This document shows positions 8,787 through 20,114 of a stretch of DNA of 32,000 nt, piece by piece. Position 1 is the stretch's first letter. Each line of letters starts with the position of its first letter. The notes under the pieces were generated by a model, which saw nothing but the letters and a program-made list of their open reading frames with translations, ran no database searches and had not been told where the DNA came from. Made by a program: the position numbers and the translations under genes. The stretch covers positions 59 through 32,058 of the forward strand of contig NZ_PGGB02000005.1 in assembly GCF_002803295.2 (NCBI RefSeq), read 5' to 3'. Source of the DNA: Caedibacter taeniospiralis (GTDB taxonomy: Bacteria; Pseudomonadota; Gammaproteobacteria; Francisellales; Francisellaceae).

Positions 8787-9010
8787 CACTACCCCTCCTC
8801 GCAGGTCTGACCACTCTGGAGTGGTCAGACGCGCTCGGCACCCCTTCACTGGTGAAGGGGAATTTCCCGAAAGCGTATCATTTAATTCCCCTTCGTTAGC
8901 GAAGGGGGCGAAAAGCGCCTTAAAGGAAGCAAACAGTTTTGCTTCCTTAGCTTTGAGCGCTGTAAGCTCCGCGCGCAGCTGGAGGACAATGCGAAGCGGA
9001 CGGGGTAGTG
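8787..9010. other. GC-rich, hairpin-dense structured element (candidate ncRNA or MITE-like insert)
   Basis: A closing helix pairs CACTACCCC (8787-8795) with GGGGTAGTG (9002-9010), extendable with bulges through TCC/GGA and TCGC/GCGA. Four internal hairpins are clear: GTCTGACCAC/GTGGTCAGAC (8805-8830), CCCCTTCA/TGAAGGGG (8841-8860), CCCCTTCG/CGAAGGGG (8888-8907) and AAGGAAGCAAA/TTTGCTTCCTT (8923-8948). My hand count gives 126/224 G+C, which is clearly richer than the flanking sequence. Confidence 0.5.
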
Positions 9011-9106
9011 CGAATAAACGTAGGGGCGTATTGAATATGCCGTTGTGGGCAGAAATACGGTCAATACAAAAAATGTAAACTTAATTAAGAATGAAGGAAG
9101 ATTGGC

Positions 9107-11488
9107 TTGAGCTTATCATTAAAAAAAACGTTACTACTGACGCTATTGGGTGTGACGCCCTTTGTGGTGACTTATGCGCAAGGCGACTTTATTGCTAGCA
9201 AGATAAAGGTAGAGGGCTTGGAGCGTATTTCTGAAGAAACCGTGCTTAACGATCTAGGCATTCACACCGATCAGAAGGTGAGTGCTGCTGAGACAAACGA
9301 GGTCATCAGATCACTCTACAGCAGTGGATTTTTCAAAAGTATACAGTTATATCAAGAGGGTAATACGCTTATTGTTAAAGTAGCTGAGCGTCCAGCAATC
9401 AGTGCGGTGGACTTTACGGGTAATGATAAGATCAAAAATGACGATATGAAAAAAGTGCTGCGTGAGGCAGGGCTTGATGTCGGTAATATTGCTAATCCTG
9501 AGATTTTATTCCAGGTGAAACAATCGCTTTTAATGCAATATGCGCTCATGGGCTATTATTCGACAACCGTAGATGTAGAAGAAGTTACAGAAGCGCGAAA
9601 TCGTGTTGCGATTAAAATCAATATCGCTGAAGGCAAAACGGCAACGGTACGCCGCATTGATGTCCTCGGCAATAAAGCCTTTTCGCAGAGTGAGTTGATT
9701 GACAATATTACCTTTAAAACACCATCAATCTGGAATTTATGGGGACTGTTTAGCTCTAAGGTGGATTACTCACCAACGAATATGCAGTCATCGGTTGAAG
9801 ATCTTAGCAGCTATTATATGAACAATGGTTACTTAGATTTTAAGGTAACCTCTCAACAATCCTCTTTATCTCCTAACAAGGAGAACGCATTTATTGCATT
9901 TGATATTAATGAAGGGGAAATTTATAAAGTATCTGCAGTTTTACTAGAGGGTAAGTTTGTTGTGCCAAAGGCTGATCTTGAGAAGCTCATTACTTTTAGG
10001 GCAGGAGATGTTTTTTTGCGGCAAAAAGTACTTGATAGTGCCAAAGCAATAACGCAAGCACTAGGAGATAAGGGTTATGCTTTTGCCAACGTTAACCCTC
10101 TGCCAAAACTTGATAAGGATAATAAAACCGTCGCATTCACGTTCTACATAGATCCTGGCAAGAAAGTCTATATCAACCAGATTAACTTTTTGGGCAATAA
10201 TGTTACCAATGATTATGTTTATCGCCGTCAGATGCAGTATTTTGAGACGGGGGTTTACAATCAATCAATGATTGATCAGTCCAAGATCAAGCTGCAGCGT
10301 ATGCCATTTGTAGAAGATGTAACCGTTAGAAAAGTGCCGGTATCTGGTTCTGATGATCTGGTAAACATGGACTACGATATTAAAGAGCGCAGCGCCAATT
10401 CAATCAGTGCAAGTATTGGTTACTCGCAGTTATATAACTTTATGATTGGTGGTAATCTTGCATTACCAAACATCCTGGGCACGGGGAATCAGTTTTCAAT
10501 TGGTGCAAGCCTGTCAAGTGTTTATCAAAGCTTGAACATGTCTTATACGGATCCCTATTTCACCCAATCGGGCATTAGTCAAACGATCAGTACCTATCTA
10601 TCGCGCACGGATTATGATAATACTTCAGTAGCAAGTTATCGCTTAAACCAGTACGGTGCGAACTTAGGTTATAGCATACCCACCTCAGCATTTGATTCTA
10701 TTAGTATTGGTGGTGGGGTAGATCACACACAAGTCTTGCAGCCAAGTGGTGGGAGATCCAGCATTCTGCAATGGTTTGTTCAGCAAAATGATGGACAAAC
10801 TTCGTTTAATACTTTCACGGCGAATTTAGGCTGGAATCATAATTCAACCAATCGTGCGTACTTTCCAACGGAAGGCACGGTTTTAGGGATAAATGGTACG
10901 GTATCCGTGCCTGGAGTGAGTGATCTGCAATGGTATAAAGCCACAGGTTCCGCAGGATTCTTTCATCCAATCATCGGGGATGTGACCTTGTCAGTCAAAG
11001 GTGGTGTCGGTTATGGTAATGGTTATGGCAAAACAGAGTATTTACCATTTTTCCAAAACTTCTATGGCGGTGGTTGGGGCTCAGTGCGTGGTTTTGCCCA
11101 AGGTGGGATGGGTCCTTCGGATACCTATACACCAAACGGTGAAGCTGCACAACAAGGTAATTCGATTGGTGGAAACTTAAATGTCTATAGCAATATTGAT
11201 ATACTATTCCCGATTCCAGGGTTGAAGGACAGTCGCAATATGCGTTTGGGTGTGTTTTTTGACTCAGGAAATGTGTATAACACCTACGATCTGTCGGGCG
11301 CTGGGATTTGGCCTGGAACTGCTGGGAATAAGTCCCCGACTTTCTCAAATTTACGTTATTCCGTTGGGGTTGAATTTCAATGGCTGTCACCATTGGGTGC
11401 CATGGCATTTAGCCTGGCAAAAGCATTAAACACAAAACCTGGGGATTCGACTCAGGTATTTCAGTTCACACTGGGCCAAACCTTTTGA
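9107..11488 (+). CDS. bamA: outer membrane protein assembly factor BamA
   Basis: This 793-aa ORF has a signal peptide, five POTRA-like repeats (IKVEGLERISEETVLN..., RIDVLGNKAF..., INQINFLGNNVTNDYVYRRQM...) and a C-terminal beta-barrel ending ...FQFTLGQTF. It is followed by skp. It starts with TTG, preceded by AAGGAAG at 9094-9100. Confidence 0.95.
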   Translation: MSLSLKKTLLLTLLGVTPFVVTYAQGDFIASKIKVEGLERISEETVLNDLGIHTDQKVSAAETNEVIRSLYSSGFFKSIQLYQEGNTLIVKVAERPAISAVDFTGNDKIKNDDMKKVLREAGLDVGNIANPEILFQVKQSLLMQYALMGYYSTTVDVEEVTEARNRVAIKINIAEGKTATVRRIDVLGNKAFSQSELIDNITFKTPSIWNLWGLFSSKVDYSPTNMQSSVEDLSSYYMNNGYLDFKVTSQQSSLSPNKENAFIAFDINEGEIYKVSAVLLEGKFVVPKADLEKLITFRAGDVFLRQKVLDSAKAITQALGDKGYAFANVNPLPKLDKDNKTVAFTFYIDPGKKVYINQINFLGNNVTNDYVYRRQMQYFETGVYNQSMIDQSKIKLQRMPFVEDVTVRKVPVSGSDDLVNMDYDIKERSANSISASIGYSQLYNFMIGGNLALPNILGTGNQFSIGASLSSVYQSLNMSYTDPYFTQSGISQTISTYLSRTDYDNTSVASYRLNQYGANLGYSIPTSAFDSISIGGGVDHTQVLQPSGGRSSILQWFVQQNDGQTSFNTFTANLGWNHNSTNRAYFPTEGTVLGINGTVSVPGVSDLQWYKATGSAGFFHPIIGDVTLSVKGGVGYGNGYGKTEYLPFFQNFYGGGWGSVRGFAQGGMGPSDTYTPNGEAAQQGNSIGGNLNVYSNIDILFPIPGLKDSRNMRLGVFFDSGNVYNTYDLSGAGIWPGTAGNKSPTFSNLRYSVGVEFQWLSPLGAMAFSLAKALNTKPGDSTQVFQFTLGQTF

Positions 11489-11555
11489 TTGACTGAAATT
11501 GCGTAACTTCAGTGATTGAGTAGATTTTTTTTTGGATTAATTCAAGGAGTAAAAT

Positions 11556-12095
11556 ATGAAAAAACGAATGATGATTGGCTTGACTGCAATGGCAATAACT
11601 ACAGGAGCGTTTGCTGCAGATGCAAGTAGCCTAAAAATCGGTCTGGTTAATCCTGTCGAAATTTACCAAACGGTGCCTCAAGGCGAAGAAAGTATCCATG
11701 CCTTACAAACCAAATTACAGCCCAAAGCAGATGAGTTACAAAAGCAACAGCAGGACTTAATGACTAAACTGCAGACTCTGCAAACCAATGCGCCCACTTT
11801 AACAAAGATTGATTTAGATAAACAGCAAAAGGCACTAGCAGATGAACAGGAAAAGTTCAAGCAGCAGGCATTAGCGTTTAGACAAAGTGAGATGCAACAA
11901 GAGCAGCAAGTCGCACAAGCATTCCAGGCAAGCTTTAATACGGCAGTAGAGGCGGTGGCAAAAGACGGCAAATACAGTCTTATTCTGAGTTCACAAGCCG
12001 TGGCATATGTTGCCCCTGATTTAAAAGTGGATGTTACTGATCAGGTGATTGCTGCAATGAAAAAGCAAGGTGCGCCTAAAGAAGATAAAAAATAA
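11556..12095 (+). CDS. skp: periplasmic chaperone Skp (OmpH family)
   Basis: This 179-aa ORF has a signal peptide (…GAFAADA) and a KIGLVNPVEI start to the mature protein. It has a long Q/K-rich coiled-coil region. It lies directly downstream of bamA, with AAGGAG 7 nt before the ATG. Confidence 0.85.
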   Translation: MKKRMMIGLTAMAITTGAFAADASSLKIGLVNPVEIYQTVPQGEESIHALQTKLQPKADELQKQQQDLMTKLQTLQTNAPTLTKIDLDKQQKALADEQEKFKQQALAFRQSEMQQEQQVAQAFQASFNTAVEAVAKDGKYSLILSSQAVAYVAPDLKVDVTDQVIAAMKKQGAPKEDKK

Positions 12096-12139
12096 AAAAT
12101 ATCAAAAACTTAAATTTAAGTGTCTCTTCCATAGTATGC

Positions 12140-13321
12140 CTATCGAAGCTTAAAAATATAGCACTTAAGGTAGTCATGATAATCCACCTGAATTGCCTGA
12201 GTGTGACAGGGAGATGAGTAGCCTTTGTGTAATAAAATCAAATCGTAAGAGAGGGACCGGATAATTTCAAAGAAGGTTGCTTCATCAACGTGACGACTGC
12301 AACTACAAGCGATAAATAGTCCGTTTTTGTTTAAACACGAAAGTGCTAGTTTAAATAAGCGTTGATAAGCGCGTTTAGCCTCAGCAATATGTTTTTTCGA
12401 TTTCGCAAAAGCAGGGGGATCTGCGACAACGACATCAAAGCTTTTTTGCGCGGCTTTTAGTTTTTTGAGCGCTTCAAACATATCATCATGATGAAGATCA
12501 ATGCTTATGTTTTGAGGTTCGTTATGGTTGTTTTCAATATTTATTTTCGCCATTGCCAGGGCAAATTCGCTTTGGTCAATTAAGGTGAATGCTTTGATAG
12601 TGTCAGTGGCTGCAACGCTCCAAGCCCCCATATAGCTGCAGATATCTAGCATTGAGGTCATGCTTTTCTGAAGGTAATGGCAAAGTGCGATGAGATTAAG
12701 TCGCTGGTCAATAAAAAGTCCTGTTTTTTGACCATGGATAAGATCAAAGCTGAGCTTTTTTCCTGCAAGAATTGTGCTTTGCCTGTTTCCCCCAGCCAGA
12801 TATTGCCATTTGCTAATGCTTTCTAATTTCTCAAACTCACGAATTTGTCCCGTGCTTCGTTCAAAGATAGGCGTTTTTGGTATCAATGTTGTGAGTGCTT
12901 TAATGACATGATTCATCAAAAGATCGGAAGCCGCAGAGCTCGATTGAATAACATTAACTGCCCCATAGCAGTCGATAGTAATGCCAGGTAAGCCATCGTG
13001 ATCACCATGACATAATCGGTATGCTTCATTACTTTGGACAAAGCTAAAGTGAGTTTTTTCGTGCTGTAGTAGTTGCAGAAAGCTTAAAATGGCAGATTCC
13101 AACCCCTTGTTTTGAACGAGCTCCAGGCTGATTCGTGTGACTCTAACAGCCATTAACTGGTGCTTGCTGTATAGAGCCAGATACCCTTTGTGTTCAGTAA
13201 GTGCAACGCCGTATTCATTCAGTAAATTTTCTGCAAGATGATCAACTTCGTTGCTATAAAAAATCTGTCGGTTGTAAAAATTTTTGATTTTACTGTTAAG
13301 ACTGATTGAGGGGGGATTCAT
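12140..13321 (-). CDS. rlmI: class I SAM-dependent rRNA methyltransferase, RlmI family
   Basis: At 393 aa it is similar in size to the 396-aa E. coli RlmI. The collinear motifs are [20 protein letters not shown] (E. coli [20 protein letters not shown]), [12 protein letters not shown] (HGHKTGYYLDQR), [11 protein letters not shown] (FDVIVMDPPKF) and ACSCS (FSCS). The N-terminal PUA-like part is divergent. Confidence 0.7.
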   Translation of the reverse strand: [393 protein letters not shown]

Positions 13322-13597
13322 GAAGTATTACCCTGGTTTCCCTTGGTTAAAGTGCTCAAATTATACTTTGTGTGCATGGTTCTGTATATGAAGAACTGTG
13401 GCTTGATGTGACTGAACAATGCTCAAAAAACCAGACTGTTATTTTTTTGGGTATTACCAGTAAATTACTTATTCTCCACAATTGTCACGGCGCTGGTGTT
13501 GTTCCCCTTCTTTTAATGTTAAAATCATCGGCAGGTAATTAAGTAGAGCTTTTTGTTTCGTTTCAGATATACAAAATATAGGACTTTTCTTATTGTT

Positions 13598-14521
13598 ATG
13601 ATCCTATCTAACCAGGCACTTGTTAAACGCGCAGAGTATCTTAGAAAAATACGCCAGTTTTTTGCTGATAAAGGCGTGTTGGAGGTCGATACGCCATTAT
13701 CCTACCCCTATCCTGTGAGTGATCCATATATTGATGCGTTTGCTATTCAAACTCAATCTGGTATGCGCTACTTACAGACTTCGCCTGAATACGCAATGAA
13801 ACGGTTACTTGCACAGGGAACTGGCAGTATTTATCAGATTTGCAAGGCATTTCGCAATGACCCCAAAGCCCAATATCACAACCATGAGTTTACGATGCTT
13901 GAGTGGTATCGATCAGGGTTAGATGATGAAACTTTACGCCAGGAAATCATAGAAATGCTGTTGCTACTGAAGCCAGATGCCACGATTCATCGGTTTAGTT
14001 ATGAACAATTATTCAAAGAAGTGTTTGGCGTCGATCCTCACCAGATGAGTGAAATGCAGCTGCAAAACCTGCTGAATGAAAAGATAGGTCAAGTACAAGG
14101 ACTTGAAAAACCAAATCAAATAGAATGTTTGGATCTATTGTTTACGCACTGTATTGAGCCATGGCTTAAGCAATATTCATTTGTGTTTGTGTATGATTAT
14201 CCTCAAGTGCAGGCAGCATTGGCTCGTATCATGTGTAATGAACAGGGTCAGATGGTTGCTAAACGCTTTGAGCTTTTTTATCAAGGCATCGAGCTTGCAA
14301 ATGGTTACTATGAGCTCATAAGCTCAGAGGAACAAAGAAAGCGTTTTGAAAATGATTTGGTCATGCGTGCACAGCTTGGTAAAAACGCAGTACCTATCGA
14401 TCAGAAACTTCTGGCATGTCTGGATGATATTCCAGAATGTGCAGGCGTTGCCTTGGGGCTGGATAGATTAATGATGTGCCTGGAAGGCTATGCCGATATA
14501 CAGGAAGTCCTCTATTGCTAG
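13598..14521 (+). CDS. epmA: elongation factor P (R)-beta-lysine ligase EpmA (PoxA/GenX)
   Basis: It matches E. coli EpmA at three segments: IRQFFADKGVLEVDTP, SPEYAMKRLLAQGTGSIYQICKAFRNDPKAQYHNHEFTMLEWY and GVALGLDRLMM. I prefer ATG 13598 (MILSNQ...) to the upstream TTG 13553 on N-terminal length. The start remains uncertain because neither codon has a clear SD. Confidence 0.9.
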   Translation: MILSNQALVKRAEYLRKIRQFFADKGVLEVDTPLSYPYPVSDPYIDAFAIQTQSGMRYLQTSPEYAMKRLLAQGTGSIYQICKAFRNDPKAQYHNHEFTMLEWYRSGLDDETLRQEIIEMLLLLKPDATIHRFSYEQLFKEVFGVDPHQMSEMQLQNLLNEKIGQVQGLEKPNQIECLDLLFTHCIEPWLKQYSFVFVYDYPQVQAALARIMCNEQGQMVAKRFELFYQGIELANGYYELISSEEQRKRFENDLVMRAQLGKNAVPIDQKLLACLDDIPECAGVALGLDRLMMCLEGYADIQEVLYC

Positions 14522-14597
14522 GCGCAAAGCTTGAGCCTTACGCTAATCAGCTATATGCTATGTTCAATCAAAACGACTGACCAATGGAAATAAGCAA

Positions 14598-15551
14598 ATG
14601 AACAAATTAGAGCAGCTAAAACAAATGACTAAGGTAGTCGCCGATACAGGGGATTTTGGGCAGATTGAGCAATATCAGCCAGTGGATGCCACAACTAATC
14701 CCAGTCTATTACTCAATGCCGCTAAAATGCCTGAGTATGACTATGTGATTGACAAGGCGTTGGCAAAAAGCGCGCATTTATCAGGAAAAGCACGAGTTGA
14801 AGAGACAATGCTTGATATGGCGGTAAGCTTTGGGGTTGAGATTTTAAAAGTTATTCCAGGGAGAGTGTCAACCGAGGTGGATGCGCGCCTATCTTTTGAT
14901 ACGGTTGCAACGATCAGCTATGCAAAAAGACTCATCGCCAGATATAAAGAAGCGGGAGTGGATAAGTCTCGTGTTTTGATCAAGGTCGCTTCAACCTGGG
15001 AAGGTATAAAGGCAGCTGAAGCTTTGGAGCAAGAAGGGATTAATTGTAATCTGACCTTAATGTTTAGTCTTGCTCAAGCCATTGCCTGTGCGCAGGCAAA
15101 CGTGTTTTTAATATCCCCATTTGTTGGTCGCATTACCGATTGGTATATGAAGGAGCAAGGTTCAAGCAATTTCCCCGATGTCAGCGAAGATAATGGTGTG
15201 TTATCGGTCAAAGAAATCTATCAGTATTACAAGCGTTATGGCTATCACACGATTGTGATGGGTGCAAGTTTCAGGCATATCGGGCAGGTTGAGGCATTGG
15301 CTGGGTGCGATGCCTTAACCATTGCGCCAAATTTATTGCAGAAGCTTCAAGCCGATGGAAAGACTTTGACGCGTCAGTTAGTAGAAGTTGAACGTGCAAA
15401 AATGCCAGATCGTAAAATGACAGAAGCTGATTTTAGATGGGCGATGAACGAAAGCCCAATGGCGACAGAGAAACTGGCCGAAGGTATTCGTAAGTTTGCC
15501 ATTGATACGGTGAAGTTAGAAAAATTAATCGAATACAAAGTAGGAATATAA
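14598..15551 (+). CDS. tal: transaldolase (TalB-type, 317 aa)
   Basis: It has the [37 protein letters not shown]-terminus, [13 protein letters not shown], and the active-site region [12 protein letters not shown]. Confidence 0.93.
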   Translation: MNKLEQLKQMTKVVADTGDFGQIEQYQPVDATTNPSLLLNAAKMPEYDYVIDKALAKSAHLSGKARVEETMLDMAVSFGVEILKVIPGRVSTEVDARLSFDTVATISYAKRLIARYKEAGVDKSRVLIKVASTWEGIKAAEALEQEGINCNLTLMFSLAQAIACAQANVFLISPFVGRITDWYMKEQGSSNFPDVSEDNGVLSVKEIYQYYKRYGYHTIVMGASFRHIGQVEALAGCDALTIAPNLLQKLQADGKTLTRQLVEVERAKMPDRKMTEADFRWAMNESPMATEKLAEGIRKFAIDTVKLEKLIEYKVGI

Positions 15552-15558
15552 CCACATC

Positions 15559-16764
15559 ATGCACAAGTCTATTGCGGTAAAAGTAGGGAATATCACGATT
15601 GGTGGGGGTGCCCCTGTTGTTGTACAATCAATGACGGATACGGCAACGGCAGATATTGAAAAAACGGTAGCACAGGTCTTGGCACTCTATCACGCGGGCA
15701 GTGAGCTGGTGCGCATCACCGTTAATGATGAAGAAGCGGCACAAGCGGTCCCTGAGATTAAAAGGCGGTTATTACAAAAGGATTGTGATGTCCCGCTGGT
15801 TGGCGACTTTCATTACAATGGTCATAGGCTTCTAGCAGACTTTCCAGAATGCGCCAGGGCGCTTGATAAATATCGTATTAATCCGGGAAATGTCGGTTTT
15901 GGGCGCAAAAAAGATACCCAGTATGCCGAGATTATTCAAAAAGCGATTGAATACGATAAGCCTGTGCGTATTGGTGTTAATTGGGGGAGCTTAGATCAGG
16001 CATTACTCGCCAGACTGATGGATGAAAACAGTCGGCTGACGGTGCCATTATCAGCGCGTGAAATTATGCACAAAGCGCTGATTGAGTCGGTATTGACCAG
16101 TGCTGAGTACGCAGAGAGTCTCGGACTTCACGCGAATAAAATCATTATTTCCTGTAAAGTCAGTGATGTGCAGGATTTAATTGAAGTTTACCAAAAACTG
16201 GCTCGTGAGTGCCGTTATCCATTGCACCTGGGTTTAACCGAGGCGGGTATGGGTATTAAGGGAATTGTGGCCAGCAGTATCAGTCTGGGATATCTATTGC
16301 AGCAGGGCATAGGGGATACCATTCGCGTATCACTGACTCCAGAGCCTGGGGCTCCACGTACCAATGAGGTCAAAGTATGTCGTGAGATTTTACAAACCAT
16401 GGGGCTTCGAGCCTTTACCCCCACCGTTTCGTCGTGTCCTGGATGTGGGCGAACGACAAGCAGCTTTTTTCGAGAGCTTGCCAATGACATTCAAAATTAT
16501 CTAACTAAACAAATGCCCGAGTGGAAACATCAATATGTTGGCGTTGAGAACATGAAAGTCGCGGTGATGGGTTGTATTGTCAATGGACCAGGGGAAAGTA
16601 AACACGCCAATATTGGTATCAGTCTGCCAGGCACTGGTGAAGCGCCTGTGGCACCAGTGTTTGTCGATGGTCAAAAAAAGCATACGCTAAGAGGCGAGCA
16701 TATCGCCAAGGAGTTTATGGCGATTGTTGAGGAATATGTGAAAGAGAAATATCAGCAGGTGTAG
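15559..16764 (+). CDS. ispG: 4-hydroxy-3-methylbut-2-enyl diphosphate synthase
   Basis: It carries [27 protein letters not shown], and the Fe-S cysteines in SCPGCGRT and [10 protein letters not shown]. The ORF is 401 aa. It starts 7 nt after the tal stop. Confidence 0.95.
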   Translation: MHKSIAVKVGNITIGGGAPVVVQSMTDTATADIEKTVAQVLALYHAGSELVRITVNDEEAAQAVPEIKRRLLQKDCDVPLVGDFHYNGHRLLADFPECARALDKYRINPGNVGFGRKKDTQYAEIIQKAIEYDKPVRIGVNWGSLDQALLARLMDENSRLTVPLSAREIMHKALIESVLTSAEYAESLGLHANKIIISCKVSDVQDLIEVYQKLARECRYPLHLGLTEAGMGIKGIVASSISLGYLLQQGIGDTIRVSLTPEPGAPRTNEVKVCREILQTMGLRAFTPTVSSCPGCGRTTSSFFRELANDIQNYLTKQMPEWKHQYVGVENMKVAVMGCIVNGPGESKHANIGISLPGTGEAPVAPVFVDGQKKHTLRGEHIAKEFMAIVEEYVKEKYQQV

Positions 16765-16859
16765 GGGTTGTTGGTACTATAAAGGGAGTTGTGGGTATGG
16801 AAGGTTTGCTTTTTGGAGGCGATAGTGAATTTTGAATGTACAAGGGGGGAGTATTGATT

Positions 16860-17981
16860 ATGAGGGAAAGGCTGATGAGCAATAAATTAAAAAATTCCAC
16901 ATTGAACACTTCAAATGCCACCCTTATCAAAGATACAGATTACGCTAGCTGGTTAAAAGGGCTAAAAGTTAAAATTCGCTCGGTGCAAGTTAGTGCTGCA
17001 TTGGCGGCAAATAGTGTACTGATTGACTTTTATTTTGATTTAGGACGGATGATATCTGAAAAAGATAGTGTTTGGGGGAGTAAATTTCTTGAACAACTTG
17101 CAAAAGATTTAAGAAGGGAGTTTCCTGATATACAAGGATTCTCTATAACAAATTTGAAGTACTGCCGCTTGTTTTTTAAATATATCTCAATTCGTCCCCA
17201 GACTGAGGACGAATTAAATTTGGGCTTAGGTGTAGGTGAGCAGACTTATCCTTTAATTAGGCGACTGCCATGGGGGCATATCAAAATGCTGATTAGCAAG
17301 GTTAAAAGCGATAAAGAGATTTTATTCTATATTAATCAAACCATTGAGAATGGCTGGAGCCGAGATACTTTAGCCCTGCAAATAAAGTCAAACCTTTATG
17401 TAAGGCAGGGTAAGGCAATTAATAATTTTCAGCAAACATTACCTGAACCTCAATCTGATCTTGCACGGCAGACCATGAAAGATCCTTATACTTTTGATTT
17501 TTTAACAATGACTAAACCTTACAATGAAAGAGATATTGAAAAACAGCTCGTGGATCATATTACTAAGTTTCTATTGGAGCTCGGCAAAGGTTTTGCATTT
17601 GTTGGTAGGCAATATCATTTGGAAGTTGGAGAAAGTGATTACTATCTGGATTTGTTGTTTTATCATGTCAAATTAAAATGTTATGTAGTGATTGAGTTAA
17701 AGAACACTAAATTTATCCCAGAATACGCTGGAAAGTTAAATTTTTATCTTTCAGCAGTAGATAGTCTGCTGAAGTCAGACACGGATAATCCAACGATTGG
17801 GATTTTGGTTTGCCGAGATAAAAATACAATTGAAACAGAGTTTGCATTGCGTGATATTAATAAACCTATGGGCGTGAGTGAGTTTACGTTAACAGAAATA
17901 CTTCCTGATGAATTAAAAGGGTCACTCCCAACAGTGGAGGAAATTGAAGCTGACATGGAAAAACTTGAGGAGCAATTATAA
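16860..17981 (+). CDS. YhcG-family PDDEXK nuclease domain protein (DUF1016)
   Basis: The N-terminal helical region (...LIDFYFDLGRMISEKDSVWGSKFLEQLAKDLRREFPDIQGFSITNLKYCRLFF...) is typical of DUF1016/YhcG. The C-terminal PD-(D/E)xK core is YYLDLLFYH...VVIELK. In-frame ATGs lie at 16836, 16860 and 16875. The 16860 codon is best placed after GGGGGAG (16845-16851). Confidence 0.8.
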   Translation: MRERLMSNKLKNSTLNTSNATLIKDTDYASWLKGLKVKIRSVQVSAALAANSVLIDFYFDLGRMISEKDSVWGSKFLEQLAKDLRREFPDIQGFSITNLKYCRLFFKYISIRPQTEDELNLGLGVGEQTYPLIRRLPWGHIKMLISKVKSDKEILFYINQTIENGWSRDTLALQIKSNLYVRQGKAINNFQQTLPEPQSDLARQTMKDPYTFDFLTMTKPYNERDIEKQLVDHITKFLLELGKGFAFVGRQYHLEVGESDYYLDLLFYHVKLKCYVVIELKNTKFIPEYAGKLNFYLSAVDSLLKSDTDNPTIGILVCRDKNTIETEFALRDINKPMGVSEFTLTEILPDELKGSLPTVEEIEADMEKLEEQL

Positions 17982-18033
17982 CTCCATGATTCTACAAGCG
18001 GGAAATTGTGTATATGCTGATTTAAAAATATAA

Positions 18034-20088
<2,055 letters not shown>

Positions 20089-20114
20089 AGTGAAATAACG
20101 TGAGTTCGATGTCG

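Noticed and set aside
8787-9010. Whether the structured element is a known housekeeping RNA (RNase P, tmRNA, SRP/4.5S or 6S) or a cobalamin/TPP riboswitch.
   Set aside because: I could not find the diagnostic conserved strings on either strand. The ones I looked for were GGAAAGUCCGGGC for RNase P, the tmRNA tag ORF and 3' tRNA-like end, GGUCCGGAAGGAAGCAGCC for SRP, GCCACUG with the GGGAAGGC core for B12, and CUGAGA for TPP. A covariance-model search is still needed.
8821-9078. An 85-aa + strand ORF, plus a 60-aa - strand ORF at 8882..9064, in the dxr-bamA spacer.
   Set aside because: Both are Arg/Ser/Ala-rich translations of GC-rich hairpin arms. Neither has an SD or a recognisable fold or motif. 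The region is better explained as structured non-coding DNA or RNA.
11492-11533. A hairpin ACTGAA/TTCAGT followed by a T9 run between bamA and skp, considered as a terminator.
   Set aside because: The stem is only 6 bp and AT-rich. The T run begins 12 nt after the stem rather than adjacent to it. bamA-skp are normally co-transcribed.
16763-16865. G-tracts upstream of the PDDEXK nuclease gene, considered as a possible G-quadruplex.
   Set aside because: The G runs are separated by loops of 6 to about 50 nt and do not fit a canonical G3+N1-7 pattern. They are more simply read as imperfect direct repeats and an SD-like GGGGGGAG.
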